Positions 19,163 through 29,208 of a stretch of 36,508 bases of DNA are shown piece after piece. A program made the translations under genes and the position numbers. Numbering within the stretch: position 1 is the first letter of the stretch; each line of letters begins with the position of its first letter. The DNA comes from a virus. Lineage: Duplodnaviria > Heunggongvirae > Uroviricota > Caudoviricetes. The notes under the pieces were generated by a model. That model worked only from the letters and a program-made list of their open reading frames with translations. It had not been told where the DNA came from and ran no database searches. The stretch lies in IMG/VR virus record IMGVR_UViG_2681813155_000011; one strand, written 5' to 3'.

Positions 19163-20221
19163 TTATGCTCCGGCTTCTGCGGCGGCGGCGCTGAAGTCGC
19201 CAATCTGGATGTTTTCCACCAGTGCTGCGCAGCGGTAGTCCTCAACCACATAGGCTTCGTTAACGGATTCAAAGTTTTCAATCCGGTCACGTTTCGGGTT
19301 GTCGATAACCGAACGGCGGCGGGTGTCCTCCTGCCAGTAAATGGACAGGTTATCCAGACGGGTGATCAGCAGCGCATTCGGCGGGAAGAACGGCGCACGC
19401 ACGGCCTGCAGGCCACCCATGCGTTTCTGACTGATGATCATATCGGCAGCCAGTTTTTCACTGTTTTCCTGCTCTTTGTTGACCAGCGGGAAATACTTGT
19501 CAGACAGCAGCTCACGACCGCAAATCACCACCAGATCGTCATCGTCCTGGTAGACCACGTCGATAAGCTCATTGACAGCATCCATCACCACGGCGTCCAG
19601 GTTGGCATATTCTCCACCTTTGCCGACTTTCACCGCGCCCGGTGTGGTTTCACCACCCGTGGTGGTGCTGCCCATGACGTGATCCGGTGCATCCTCACGG
19701 ATTTTCTGCAGCCAGCCTTTGTTCACATCCTGCAGCAGCGGGTTTTCACTACGGTTGGAGGTTTTCGCACGCTTCACGCCGTTAAAGCCGATCATGATGC
19801 GGTCCAGTGCCTGACGTTTCACGATGGCGTCACGGATACGCACCTGGAAATCCTGAAACTTCGCCCACAGGTCCAGCTTCGCGTAGGTCAGCACCGTGTC
19901 AAAGTTGGTCTGTTCACATTTGTATTCCACATCGACCATCAGCGTCGGATCGACAGGTTCACGCTCTTTCGCGGTGGTATCAGTGGTTCCGGCAATGGTG
20001 CTGCCAACACCCAGCCCCAGCAGCTGACCGGACTGCTCAGTCACTGGCGTGACGTTAATCAGCGTCAGGAAAGCGGCGGACTGCTGGATCTGGTCTTCCA
20101 GCGTCTGCTGCACAGACGGCTCCACAGTGAACTTGCTGGACAGTTCTTCAACTGCCACACCGTTCAGACGCGCCAGCTGCTGCAGGTAAGCATTAAAAGC
20201 AAAGCGGGTATTCTTCTTCAT
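19163..20221 (-). CDS. N: Major capsid protein gpN-like
   Basis: 352 aa, after the scaffold gene; size as P2 gpN. Confidence 0.8.
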   Translation of the reverse strand: MKKNTRFAFNAYLQQLARLNGVAVEELSSKFTVEPSVQQTLEDQIQQSAAFLTLINVTPVTEQSGQLLGLGVGSTIAGTTDTTAKEREPVDPTLMVDVEYKCEQTNFDTVLTYAKLDLWAKFQDFQVRIRDAIVKRQALDRIMIGFNGVKRAKTSNRSENPLLQDVNKGWLQKIREDAPDHVMGSTTTGGETTPGAVKVGKGGEYANLDAVVMDAVNELIDVVYQDDDDLVVICGRELLSDKYFPLVNKEQENSEKLAADMIISQKRMGGLQAVRAPFFPPNALLITRLDNLSIYWQEDTRRRSVIDNPKRDRIENFESVNEAYVVEDYRCAALVENIQIGDFSAAAAEAGA

Positions 20222-20237
20222 CAGGTTTTGTGCTCCA

Positions 20238-21071
20238 TCAGCAATTGGTCAGAGTGTCAGCGGTGGCGTTACCGCCTGTTGCACGCTGGCGGTAGTCCTG
20301 GCGGCTGTCTTCATGGCTCAGCTTGTCCACCAGTTCGTTAAAAGCGGTCTGCTGTGCCTGCAGGGAAGTCTCCAGCTCAGACAGGCGTTCTTCCTGTTCA
20401 GACAGGGATTTTTCGGTGCGCGCACTCAGGTTTTGCTGTTCAGTGGCGACCAGTTCCACGGCCTTATGCACATCAGAGAACCGGGCATCATCGGACTGCT
20501 CTTTTTTGGTAAACAGCGCCGTGACGCGGGCAAACAGGGACGGCTTGTCCTCCTGGATTTCTTCCAGTTCGATCACCGTTTCCTCTGCAGCGGTAAAAAG
20601 ATTGGCAGGATTCTGCTTGCGGTTTGCCAGCGGGTTATGGGCTGCACTGGCGCTGAATGTCAGCATTTCCGTACCCAGACTGGCGGGATCATCAGTGGCA
20701 GCCAGGCCGACCAGGTAGGCTTTGCCCGTATCAGCAAACTTCGGGCTGACTTCCATAGAGGTGAATAATTTCTGGCCTTTTTTCACCAGTTCCACCAGGG
20801 ACTCCGTTGGCTCAACGTCGGCATACAGTGCCATCTTGCCTGCCAGCGGACCTTCCGCGATTTCTTCAGCAAACAGCGCCGTCACCTTGCCGTAGCGGTT
20901 AAACGTGCTGTCCGGCAGATAAGACTTAATGTGCTCAAGGTTAATCAGCGCGGTATACACCGCCGGGTTGTAGCTGGCTGCCATCTGTTCCAGCCATTCA
21001 CGCTGGATTTCGCGTCCGTCGGTAGTGGCACCTTCCACCCCGATGCGAAAACGCTTTGCTTTCACTGTCAT
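20238..21071 (-). CDS. O: Capsid scaffold protein gpO-like
   Basis: 277 aa, Glu/Ala-rich coiled C-terminus; divergent from P. Confidence 0.75.
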   Translation of the reverse strand: MTVKAKRFRIGVEGATTDGREIQREWLEQMAASYNPAVYTALINLEHIKSYLPDSTFNRYGKVTALFAEEIAEGPLAGKMALYADVEPTESLVELVKKGQKLFTSMEVSPKFADTGKAYLVGLAATDDPASLGTEMLTFSASAAHNPLANRKQNPANLFTAAEETVIELEEIQEDKPSLFARVTALFTKKEQSDDARFSDVHKAVELVATEQQNLSARTEKSLSEQEERLSELETSLQAQQTAFNELVDKLSHEDSRQDYRQRATGGNATADTLTNC

Positions 21072-21149
21072 GAGCCGTGCTCCGTTAGAAAAAACTTACT
21101 GGAGCCTTATGGTTGCGATGATGGGGGCAGTGAAACAATGCGCGGTATT

Positions 21150-21167
21150 TGTACCGACAACCACACA
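21150..21167. promoter_or_regulatory. Candidate Ogr-dependent late promoter element (TGT-N12-ACA) in the O/P divergent region
   Basis: tgtaccgacaaccacaca between divergent O and P; could serve either or both directions. Confidence 0.45.
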
Positions 21168-21213
21168 AACCGCAGGCGGGGAAAGCCTTCAATCAAGGCT
21201 GTAGGTTTGTGCC

Positions 21214-22980
21214 ATGAACACCACACTGACACCCGCAGATCTCGATCCCCGTCGGCAGGCCATGCTGCTGTACTTTCAGGGATACCGCGTAGCCCGCATT
21301 GCTGAAATGCTGGGCGAGAAAGTTGCAACCGTTCACAGCTGGAAAAAACGCGACAAGTGGGGTGACTATGGGCCGCTGGATCAGATGCAGCTCACCACCG
21401 CCGCCCGCTACTGCCAGCTCATTATGAAGGAGCACAAAGAAGGGAAAGATTTCAAAGAAATTGACCTGCTGGCGCGCCAGTCGGAGCGCCACGCGCGGAT
21501 CGGCAAGTTTAACAATGGCGGCAACGAAGCCGACTTAAACCCTAACGTCGCCAACCGCAACAAAGGGCCGCGCCGTCAGCCGGAAAAGAATGTTTTCACC
21601 GATGAACAGATTGAGAAGCTGGAAGAAATCTTCCATTCCTCCATGTTCAACTACCAGCGCCACTGGTGGGAAGCCGGAAAAACCAATCGCATCCGCAACC
21701 TGCTGAAGTCTCGCCAGATCGGCGCGACCTTTTACTTTGCCCGTGAAGCCCTGATTGACGCCCTGCTGACCGGACGTAACCAGATTTTCCTTTCCGCCAG
21801 TAAGGCACAGGCCCACGTCTTTAAGCAGTACATCATCGACTTCGCCAAAGAAGTCGAGGTGGAGCTGAAAGGCGATCCGATGGTGCTTCCTAACGGGGCC
21901 ACGCTTTACTTCCTCGGCACCAATGCCCGCACGGCCCAGAGTTACCACGGCAACCTGTATCTGGATGAATATTTCTGGATACCGAAATTCCAGGAGCTGC
22001 GCAAAGTGGCTTCCGGTATGGCTATTCACAAAAAATGGCGACAAACCTATTTTTCCACGCCATCCAGCCTGACACACAGTGCTTATCCGTTCTGGTCCGG
22101 TGCGCTGTTCAACCGAGGGCGCAACAAAGCCGATAAGGTGGACATCGACCTGTCCCACAGCAATCTGGCCCCCGGCCTGCTGTGCGCAGACGGGCAGTAC
22201 CGCCAGATAGTCACCGTGGAAGATGCGGTGCGCGGCGGCTGTAACCTGTTCGACCTTGACCAGTTGCGCATGGAGTACAGCCCGGACGAATACCAGAACC
22301 TGCTGATGTGCGAGTTCGTGGACGATCTCGCGTCCGTGTTCCCGCTCAGCGAGCTGCAGGCGTGCATGGTGGACAGTTGGGAAGTCTGGACCGACTTTCA
22401 TGCACTGGCCCTGCGCCCGTTTGGCTGGCGCGAAGTGTGGATCGGATATGACCCGGCGAAAGGTACGCAGAACGGCGACAGCGCCGGATGCGTGGTGGTG
22501 GCGCCGCCAGCCGTGCCGGGCGGTAAGTTCCGCATTCTTGAGCGTCACCAGTGGCGCGGAATGGACTTCCGCGCCCAGGCTGACGCCATCAAAAAACTGA
22601 CCGAACAGTACAACGTGACCTATATCGGTATCGACTCGACCGGCGTTGGTCACGGGGTTTACGAGAACGTGAAAGCGTTTTTTCCTGCCGTCCGGGAGTT
22701 TGTCTACAACCCCAACGTTAAAAACGCCCTGGTACTCAAGGCCTACGACATTATCAGCCACCGCCGTCTGGAGTTTGACGCCGGACACACCGACATAGCG
22801 CAGTCCTTTATGGCAATCCGTCGCGCCACCACCGCCAGTGGCAACCGCCCGACCTATGAAGCCAGCCGCAGCGAAGAAGCCAGCCACGCCGATCTGGCCT
22901 GGGCAACGATGCACGCACTGTTTAACGAACCGCTGCAGGGCGAATCCGCCAATACCAGCAATATTGTGGAGATTTTTTGA
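21214..22980 (+). CDS. P: Terminase large (ATPase) subunit gpP-like
   Basis: 588 aa, size of P2 gpP; divergent from O and followed by overlapping Q. Confidence 0.8.
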   Translation: MNTTLTPADLDPRRQAMLLYFQGYRVARIAEMLGEKVATVHSWKKRDKWGDYGPLDQMQLTTAARYCQLIMKEHKEGKDFKEIDLLARQSERHARIGKFNNGGNEADLNPNVANRNKGPRRQPEKNVFTDEQIEKLEEIFHSSMFNYQRHWWEAGKTNRIRNLLKSRQIGATFYFAREALIDALLTGRNQIFLSASKAQAHVFKQYIIDFAKEVEVELKGDPMVLPNGATLYFLGTNARTAQSYHGNLYLDEYFWIPKFQELRKVASGMAIHKKWRQTYFSTPSSLTHSAYPFWSGALFNRGRNKADKVDIDLSHSNLAPGLLCADGQYRQIVTVEDAVRGGCNLFDLDQLRMEYSPDEYQNLLMCEFVDDLASVFPLSELQACMVDSWEVWTDFHALALRPFGWREVWIGYDPAKGTQNGDSAGCVVVAPPAVPGGKFRILERHQWRGMDFRAQADAIKKLTEQYNVTYIGIDSTGVGHGVYENVKAFFPAVREFVYNPNVKNALVLKAYDIISHRRLEFDAGHTDIAQSFMAIRRATTASGNRPTYEASRSEEASHADLAWATMHALFNEPLQGESANTSNIVEIF

Positions 22981-24014
22981 TGGGAAAGAGTAAGAAGAAC
23001 CGCGCTGCGGCGACGAAACAGATCCAGCTTAAAAGTCAAACTACAGCCGAAGCATTCAGCTTCGGCGATCCCGTTCCTGTTCTGGACCGCCGAGAACTGC
23101 TGGATTATGTGGAATGCGTACAGATGGACCGCTGGTATGAGCCGCCCGTCAGCTTTGACGGACTGGCGCGCACCTTCCGCGCTGCCGTGCATCATAGTTC
23201 CCCGATTGCAGTAAAGTGCAACATTCTGACCAGCACCTACATCCCTCACCCGCTGCTCAGCCAGCAGGCTTTTTCGCGTTTTGTGCAGGACTATCTGGTT
23301 TTTGGTAACGCCTACCTGGAGAAACGCACGAACCGCTTCGGTGAAGTTATCGCCCTTGAGCCTGCACTGGCAAAATACACCCGACGCGGGTTAGACCTGG
23401 ATACCTACTGGTTTGTGCAATACGGTATGACAACCCAGCCGTATCAGTTCACGAAAGGCAGCATTTTTCATCTGATGGAACCGGATATTAATCAGGAGAT
23501 CTACGGCCTGCCCGGTTATCTTTCTGCCATTCCGTCAGCCCTGCTCAACGAGTCCGCCACGCTGTTCCGTCGCAAGTATTACATTAACGGCAGTCATGCG
23601 GGCTTTATCATGTACATGACCGATGCCGCGCAAAACCAGGAGGATGTGAACAACCTCCGCAATGCGATGAAAAGCGCCAAAGGTCCAGGCAACTTCCGCA
23701 ACCTGTTTATGTACTCGCCTAACGGCAAAAAAGACGGGCTTCAGATCATCCCATTGTCAGAAGTCGCGGCGAAGGATGAGTTTTTGAATATCAAAAATGT
23801 CAGCCGCGACGACATGATGGCTGCGCACCGCGTGCCGCCGCAAATGATGGGGATTATGCCTAATAATGTTGGAGGGTTTGGGGATGTGGAGAAGGCCAGT
23901 CGCGTATTTGTACGTAATGAATTAACTCCCTTGCAAAAAAGGCTACAAGAGCTGAACGACTGGCTGGGCGAAGAAGTGATTAAATTTACGCCCTATATTC
24001 TTTCAGAAGAATAA
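22977..24014 (+). CDS. Q: Portal protein gpQ-like
   Basis: 345 aa, size of P2 gpQ; ATGA overlap with the end of P. Confidence 0.8.
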   Translation: MMGKSKKNRAAATKQIQLKSQTTAEAFSFGDPVPVLDRRELLDYVECVQMDRWYEPPVSFDGLARTFRAAVHHSSPIAVKCNILTSTYIPHPLLSQQAFSRFVQDYLVFGNAYLEKRTNRFGEVIALEPALAKYTRRGLDLDTYWFVQYGMTTQPYQFTKGSIFHLMEPDINQEIYGLPGYLSAIPSALLNESATLFRRKYYINGSHAGFIMYMTDAAQNQEDVNNLRNAMKSAKGPGNFRNLFMYSPNGKKDGLQIIPLSEVAAKDEFLNIKNVSRDDMMAAHRVPPQMMGIMPNNVGGFGDVEKASRVFVRNELTPLQKRLQELNDWLGEEVIKFTPYILSEE

Positions 24015-24022
24015 TTCCGAAC

Positions 24023-24721
24023 TTATTTGTTTCTTCTTTGTTCACGCCTTGTCTTGGCTTCGATAAGGCGTTGAGGTTCAGTGTAAAGCCGTTCTAAAAA
24101 AAGATAGGTAAAATCTTCAAGATCCTCAGCAGCAGCTTTATCCAAAATACCTTCATGCGCTCCATCATTTCCGTCATCTTTAACGCATTCAGCTAGTTCC
24201 CTTAAAGCTTCAGGCAGTAGATGATTATCAAATAACCACTCCATTCTTAACCCTAGGCTTCTCCTTATTTTTTGCGCAGGCCCTTGCTCCCCATCAGGAA
24301 GAAGTCCTTTTGTGGCATAATCAAGGCAAAGCCTAAACATGGTTGCTGCTGCATTATAACAACCTATAGCCAAACATTTCGCCCCTTCCTCATATGCACT
24401 ATTGATATGCTCAGGTAAGAACTCTGGTGGCTCCTCTACTGCTAAGTCTGCCGGTGATATAGGCCTAACAACCTCTGCAACTTCCTTTAAGCCGAATATT
24501 CCACTTTCCCAATTATAGCCATCTAAAGTTTTATTTTTCGTTAAAGGTCTGCAAAGAAACATTGTCGTTTTATGACACTCTCGGCAAACACAATAGACCT
24601 CGTACTCGTATGTTTTACCCCCGCCCAATGCATTGTAAACCCTAGTGCAATTCAGCCCATTAACATCAAACGCTATTTTTTGTGATCCACATCGTGGACA
24701 GTCATCCACTAACATAACCAT
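24023..24721 (-). CDS. Cargo protein: N-terminal zinc ribbon + C-terminal DUF4145-like domain (candidate single-gene defence/abortive-infection protein)
   Basis: 232 aa. N-terminus CPRCG...CVCRECHK (four Cys); C-terminus ...LPEALRELAECVKDDGNDGAHEGILDKAAAEDLEDFTYLFLERLY resembles the GN-x-AAH core of DUF4145 as I recall it. GGAGG 8 nt upstream; sits between the candidate cos and Q. Confidence 0.5.
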   Translation of the reverse strand: MVMLVDDCPRCGSQKIAFDVNGLNCTRVYNALGGGKTYEYEVYCVCRECHKTTMFLCRPLTKNKTLDGYNWESGIFGLKEVAEVVRPISPADLAVEEPPEFLPEHINSAYEEGAKCLAIGCYNAAATMFRLCLDYATKGLLPDGEQGPAQKIRRSLGLRMEWLFDNHLLPEALRELAECVKDDGNDGAHEGILDKAAAEDLEDFTYLFLERLYTEPQRLIEAKTRREQRRNK

Positions 24722-24831
24722 GTCAATTACTCCTCCCTATGAAAAAAATGAGTTGAAAAATTGAATATTCACGACTTAAAAAGCTAGCCTATTTAACACC
24801 ATAATTTCATTAATTCAACCATGAGCGCGCG

Positions 24832-24850
24832 CTCGTATCCCCGCCACGCC
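24832..24850 (-). other. Candidate cos (cohesive-end) site
   Basis: Minus strand reads GGCGTGGCGGGGATACGAG; the first 13 nt match the GC-rich start of the 186/P2 cohesive end as I remember it (GGCG(T/A)GGCGGGGA...). Confidence 0.4.
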
Positions 24851-24892
24851 TGCCCGCTTTATGTAGTGGTTTTCATGCACCTGCATGATCTA

Positions 24893-24919
24893 CGCAAAAG
24901 CCCGCCAGTTCTGGCGGGC
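24893..24919 (-). terminator. Rho-independent terminator downstream of the tum-like operon
   Basis: Perfect inverted repeat gcccgccag/ctggcgggc followed on the minus strand by ctttt. Confidence 0.55.
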
Positions 24920-25054
24920 CTTAGCAAAAACGATCCTCAAACGATCATGCGATCTCATGCGGCATAGACATGCACTACAGAGCTAACGCCTCGCAAGGGC
25001 TCGTTGTTCAACCTTGCTGACGCCAGAAGCAAGTTCAGACGCCAGCAACGTTTC

Positions 25055-25288
25055 TTAATGCAGCCAGCTGTCGTCTTCCCACACCTTCTGCATAATTTTC
25101 ATCACTTGTTTTCTTTCTTCGTCCAGTTGCAGTCCGGTTAGTTCCACACCGTTAGAGCTACCTTTGCGAATGCGAATTACCGTTTTGGGATACAGGGGGC
25201 GCAGATTGCGGTAAAGCTCGGATTCAAGGGCGTCCAGGGTAGACTGGCTAATCTTCTGCTCTTTATCGATCATTATTTCAATGCGCAT
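25055..25288 (-). CDS. DinI-like protein
   Basis: 77 aa from an internal Met: MRIEIMIDKEQKISQSTLDALESELYRNLRPLYP...VWEDDSWLH parallels E. coli DinI (MRIEVTIAK...LAGELSRRIQ...TWESADDWF). GAGGTG RBS overlaps the upstream stop. Confidence 0.75.
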   Translation of the reverse strand: MRIEIMIDKEQKISQSTLDALESELYRNLRPLYPKTVIRIRKGSSNGVELTGLQLDEERKQVMKIMQKVWEDDSWLH

Positions 25289-25298
25289 AAAAGTCACC

Positions 25299-25487
25299 TC
25301 AGCTGATGACATCCATTGAGCGGTTGTATTCGTGGGTTCTGATTTTTGCCATGAGTTCATCAGTCAATTCAGAAACCCACTGCAGAGCCAGCCCCTTCTC
25401 TTCATCACTACACTCACTAGCCGCTACAAGCTTAAGAAAAAAATCAATGCGCTGGAGCTTCAAAGACTCCAAAAAATAGTCCTGCAT
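25299..25487 (-). CDS. Small LexA-controlled protein, candidate Tum-like antirepressor
   Basis: 62 aa from MQDYFLESL; AGGAGG 4 nt upstream; translationally coupled to the DinI-like gene; a LexA box lies 42 bp upstream. Confidence 0.5.
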   Translation of the reverse strand: MQDYFLESLKLQRIDFFLKLVAASECSDEEKGLALQWVSELTDELMAKIRTHEYNRSMDVIS

Positions 25488-25528
25488 CTTTCCTCCTATG
25501 ACACCACACGCAACACTGTATGTATAAC

Positions 25529-25548
25529 CACTGTTTATATTTACAGTA
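25529..25548. promoter_or_regulatory. LexA (SOS) box
   Basis: cactgtttatatttacagta = CTGT-N8-ACAG with an AT-rich spacer, the E. coli LexA operator consensus. Confidence 0.75.
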
Positions 25549-25640
25549 TATAATAATCTTACTGATGTAAAACGTTTTTTTACGTTCATCAGCCTGATAT
25601 GCCTGGTATTATTAAGAGCACGAATTGTTAATCCGCGTAA

Positions 25641-28055
25641 TTAATACAGGTTCCGCCACTGATCATCTTCCTGCAAACGCTGGTTCCGATAGAAGATACG
25701 CAGGCCTGCTCCTGACGGAATACTGCCTCCGCGAAGGAGTAAATCGACCTCTTTCTCGCTGCCATCAAATCCTCTGGACTTCAGCTCATACACGAGCTGC
25801 AGTCGCTGATGGTCTGTAATTCGCTGTTTGTAGTCTTTACGCCGTTTCGGTTTCACCAGGCGTAACCTTGCTGCCAGTTCCCGGCGCTCTTTTTTGCTCA
25901 TACTGTGCAGGTAATCGTGCAACTCCTTGTCATCCATGCTGGTAATGTCCGTTCTGGGGTCCCCATTAGCTGATTTATCTTTCTCCTGTTGGTTCAAATT
26001 TTCAGCAAGGGGACAGTTATTGCCACGAGTCCAAGGGGCGCAAGCGCCCTGGTCGGCTGCCGCCTCCTGAACGTCAACGGCCTTACGAACCATTTTCCAC
26101 TTCACGGCATGAGTGCAGATCTTGCCCTCTGCAATAGGTGACCAGATGCCATAAATACGAATGCCGTGATCGCCATAGGCGGTCGGCTCTTCGTTGATTT
26201 CATAAGCAGTTCTGATGAGGTGATATTTGCGGGGAACCAGTACGCCACCCTGCTTCATGATGTAGGTGGCAAAACAACCAGCATCAGCAGCAGCCAGAAT
26301 GGCATCAAGGCGCGGGTTATCCAGTACCGGCGCACCTGCTTTTTTGTCCCCCTGTTGCCTTGCCGCCTGACCAGCCAGCAATCGCAGTTCACGGTAAGCC
26401 TGACGCCCCGGAATGCCAAAGAAGCGGAATTGCTGAACACGATGCAGAGACGCCCAGGCATTAACGTATTCAGCATTATCACGCAGGGATTTCCCCGTTT
26501 CCTTGCTGATCTCGCCAGCCAGACCACGCCCGTCAATGTTCTTACTGATGTATTTCGCGATGTAGCTTGTTGGCGTACCTTTGCGCGGGTTAATCAACTC
26601 AGACTTAAAGCGCGGCCCAGTGTTATTGCCCAGCTCCTCGCGGTCTTCACGGATGGCAAACTTACGCAGTAATGCAGTGATGGTGCGGCGGTCTTTTTTG
26701 CGCATAAAACACAACAGGTGCCAGTGAACTGTACCGTCATGATGCGGCTCAGCCACCCGCACGCCATACCACCGCAATCCGGCTTTGTGCATCGCCTTAC
26801 GAAATGCAGCAAACATGCCGACCAGATAATCACTGCTTTGTCTTACCGTCGCATTTGTCCAGGTTGGGTTGGGCCTGCCGTTATTTAGCGTGGAATGGAA
26901 ACGTGACGGACAGGTGATGGTGTAGAAAACGGCGCAGTCACCGCGCATTTCCGCGATAAGCTCCAGACCTTTAACACAGGCCATCATCTCATTGCGGCGA
27001 TGCGCTGGGTTGCTGCTGCTGGCGTTTACCACATCCTCCATGTCCAGCGTGTCGCCGTCTTCGTTCACCAGTTCATGAGAACGGAAAAACTCCAGCGACT
27101 TACGGCGCTGCTCACGTTTATGCATCACGGCTTCATAGCTGACATAAGGAGATGCTTTTTTGCTGACAAGGCAGACTGCACGCAACTGCTCTTCCCGCCA
27201 TTCGCAACGCATCTTCCATAATTTCCGATACCACCAGTCGGCGCACAACATACGCGCCAGCGAACCCGGAATGAGTTCATAGGGCACGGGTTTACGGCGG
27301 TTTCTTTTCCGACGGAGTTGCTCAAACGCAGGCGGGATGACATCCAGACGCAGGGTTTCCGCTGCCACCCTTTCCCATGTATTGCGGATTTCTTCTGGCT
27401 TAACGTCATCGGTGGCATACAAATCGCCACAAGCGGCATCAAGGCACATACTCATATGCGCAGCTACCAGGGTGGACAGGCGTTTCACCTGATCCTGACT
27501 CATTTCAGGCAGGATCAGCAGGCCGTCCAGCCCTTCATGGCTTGCCATAAAGCGAAAAGATGCAGATAGCTGACTGTCGCGTACATGCTCCAGTCGTTCC
27601 AGACATGGCTTAATCGTCTCACGTAAATAGCGGGAATAAGCCTTTGGCCTGCCAAGGCTGCTGAAGTATTCAATACGTTGCATCAGCGGCTTGCTGATAT
27701 GGGAAGGCTGGGCGTTGACGTCCGCCAGAATGACCATATCCGGATTAAAACGCTGCTGCTCATGCGCCAGCTTTGCCCGACTAATGAGCTTATCCTGTTC
27801 CATTTCGCGCTGGACAGGATCACGGGATTCATTAAAGAAATAACGCTCCCAGACCTGATCACTCAGCGCCTCACGGCGCAGCTGTTCCTGCTCGTTATCG
27901 GCAGCGTACAGAGTGATCAGGTTTGAAAGCGTAGAAACCGGCGCAACTTCCACCGGGTCCAGATAAGGGTTAATGGCCTTTTTCGGGCTGTTCCATGAGA
28001 ACGATGCGGCAGCTTCGTTAAAGCCGCAGCAGTTGTTCATATCGGCATGACTCAT
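25641..28055 (-). CDS. A: Replication initiation protein (P2/186 gene A-like)
   Basis: 804 aa; position between the early operon and the tum/cos region as in P2/186. Called on size and synteny; motifs not verified. Confidence 0.7.
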   Translation of the reverse strand: MSHADMNNCCGFNEAAASFSWNSPKKAINPYLDPVEVAPVSTLSNLITLYAADNEQEQLRREALSDQVWERYFFNESRDPVQREMEQDKLISRAKLAHEQQRFNPDMVILADVNAQPSHISKPLMQRIEYFSSLGRPKAYSRYLRETIKPCLERLEHVRDSQLSASFRFMASHEGLDGLLILPEMSQDQVKRLSTLVAAHMSMCLDAACGDLYATDDVKPEEIRNTWERVAAETLRLDVIPPAFEQLRRKRNRRKPVPYELIPGSLARMLCADWWYRKLWKMRCEWREEQLRAVCLVSKKASPYVSYEAVMHKREQRRKSLEFFRSHELVNEDGDTLDMEDVVNASSSNPAHRRNEMMACVKGLELIAEMRGDCAVFYTITCPSRFHSTLNNGRPNPTWTNATVRQSSDYLVGMFAAFRKAMHKAGLRWYGVRVAEPHHDGTVHWHLLCFMRKKDRRTITALLRKFAIREDREELGNNTGPRFKSELINPRKGTPTSYIAKYISKNIDGRGLAGEISKETGKSLRDNAEYVNAWASLHRVQQFRFFGIPGRQAYRELRLLAGQAARQQGDKKAGAPVLDNPRLDAILAAADAGCFATYIMKQGGVLVPRKYHLIRTAYEINEEPTAYGDHGIRIYGIWSPIAEGKICTHAVKWKMVRKAVDVQEAAADQGACAPWTRGNNCPLAENLNQQEKDKSANGDPRTDITSMDDKELHDYLHSMSKKERRELAARLRLVKPKRRKDYKQRITDHQRLQLVYELKSRGFDGSEKEVDLLLRGGSIPSGAGLRIFYRNQRLQEDDQWRNLY

Positions 28056-28909
28056 GCACGTACTCCGTACACGGCAGAACTATCCACGCCACGCGAATAA
28101 TCAAATCCCCCCCAGCAGCGCGGCCCGGAAACAGCAATGATTTCTGTTGCTGATTTACCCTCGCCAGCTGCCACACCGATGCTGCGTTTTGCCTTGATGT
28201 AGTGGTGAGTAAAATTGCGATACAGCGAACGGATCAGGGATGTGTCACTGTTAGAAACAATGACCGGATGTCCTTCTGATGACCGATGTTCAAGAACAGA
28301 TGCCAGGTGATACTGGTCATCTTCAGTGAAGCCGTCAGTGTGATAGCCGGAAAACGTACCGTCATACGGCGGATCGCAATACACCACATCCCCCGCCTTC
28401 AACATCGCCAGCGTTTCATCAAAGCTGGCGCAGATAAACGTTGCTCGCTGGGCCTTTTCTGCAAATGCGCGAATTTCTTTTTCAGGGAAATACGGATTTT
28501 TATAATTACCGTAGGGAATGTTGAAATGCCCGCTCTTGTTATAGCGACATAAACCACGGTAACCGTGACGATTGAGATACAGGAAATATACCGCTTTCAT
28601 GAAACCAGTAATTTCAGTTGAGTAATTAAACTCCTGCCTTATGTTGTAATAAGCCACCTCCCTGTTTGCGATCTCAAATAAAACTCTGGCGCGAGATATA
28701 AACGATTCACAATCAGCGGCAACCTTTTTATAGAGGTTGATTAAATCAGGATTAATATCCGCAACCAGATAGCTGGGATAATCCGTCTCCATCATCACAG
28801 CACAGGAACCCGCGAAAGGTTCAACCAGTCGCGGGCCAGCAGGAAGATATTTTTTCAGTTCGGACATTATGGCAGTTTTATTTCCCGCCCATTTCAGGAT
28901 GGTGCTCAT
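28052..28909 (-). CDS. DNA N6-adenine methyltransferase (Dam family)
   Basis: [11 protein letters not shown]..., EPFAGSCAV (motif I) and DPPY (motif IV); AGGAGG RBS; ATGA overlap with the upstream gene. Confidence 0.85.
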   Translation of the reverse strand: MSTILKWAGNKTAIMSELKKYLPAGPRLVEPFAGSCAVMMETDYPSYLVADINPDLINLYKKVAADCESFISRARVLFEIANREVAYYNIRQEFNYSTEITGFMKAVYFLYLNRHGYRGLCRYNKSGHFNIPYGNYKNPYFPEKEIRAFAEKAQRATFICASFDETLAMLKAGDVVYCDPPYDGTFSGYHTDGFTEDDQYHLASVLEHRSSEGHPVIVSNSDTSLIRSLYRNFTHHYIKAKRSIGVAAGEGKSATEIIAVSGPRCWGGFDYSRGVDSSAVYGVRA

Positions 28910-29208
28910 ACAGCACCTCCTGCAATAACATATCCTAAAGCTTCTAATGGGGTTAATGAGCGAATTGATAGCATCACCCATTGTTCTGAAACTGCCATGA
29001 CGTCATTAACCGGAAGCACATGAGAGATAACCGCGGCCCATTCCCTACCCGTAAATACGCCATGCTTCCATTCGCAAAGAGAAAGAACATCACCAACTTT
29101 ATAGCCACGATCGTCTTTACGAAGTTCAGCCGTCTTTTGACCTGCAACCACAGCGTTGAAATACTTAGGTGCAATTTTTAATTGATGGATACGCACTGCC
29201 CCTGTCAT
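28906..29208 (-). CDS. ASCH/PUA-like domain protein
   Basis: About 100 aa from an internal Met ([42 protein letters not shown]...); GGAGG RBS; stop overlaps the dam start. Confidence 0.5.
   Translation of the reverse strand: MTGAVRIHQLKIAPKYFNAVVAGQKTAELRKDDRGYKVGDVLSLCEWKHGVFTGREWAAVISHVLPVNDVMAVSEQWVMLSIRSLTPLEALGYVIAGGAV

Noticed and set aside
18830-20341. 503-aa plus-strand ORF spanning the M and N genes
   Set aside because: Antisense to the terminase-small and major-capsid genes; no RBS and His/Gln/Arg-rich low-complexity translation.
21535-22914. 459-aa minus-strand ORF inside the terminase large-subunit gene
   Set aside because: Antisense to gpP; Gly/Ala/Val-rich frame artefact.
25571-25590. 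Short palindrome acgtaaaaaaacgt downstream of gene A as a terminator
   Set aside because: Stem too short and AT-rich to call a convincing intrinsic terminator.
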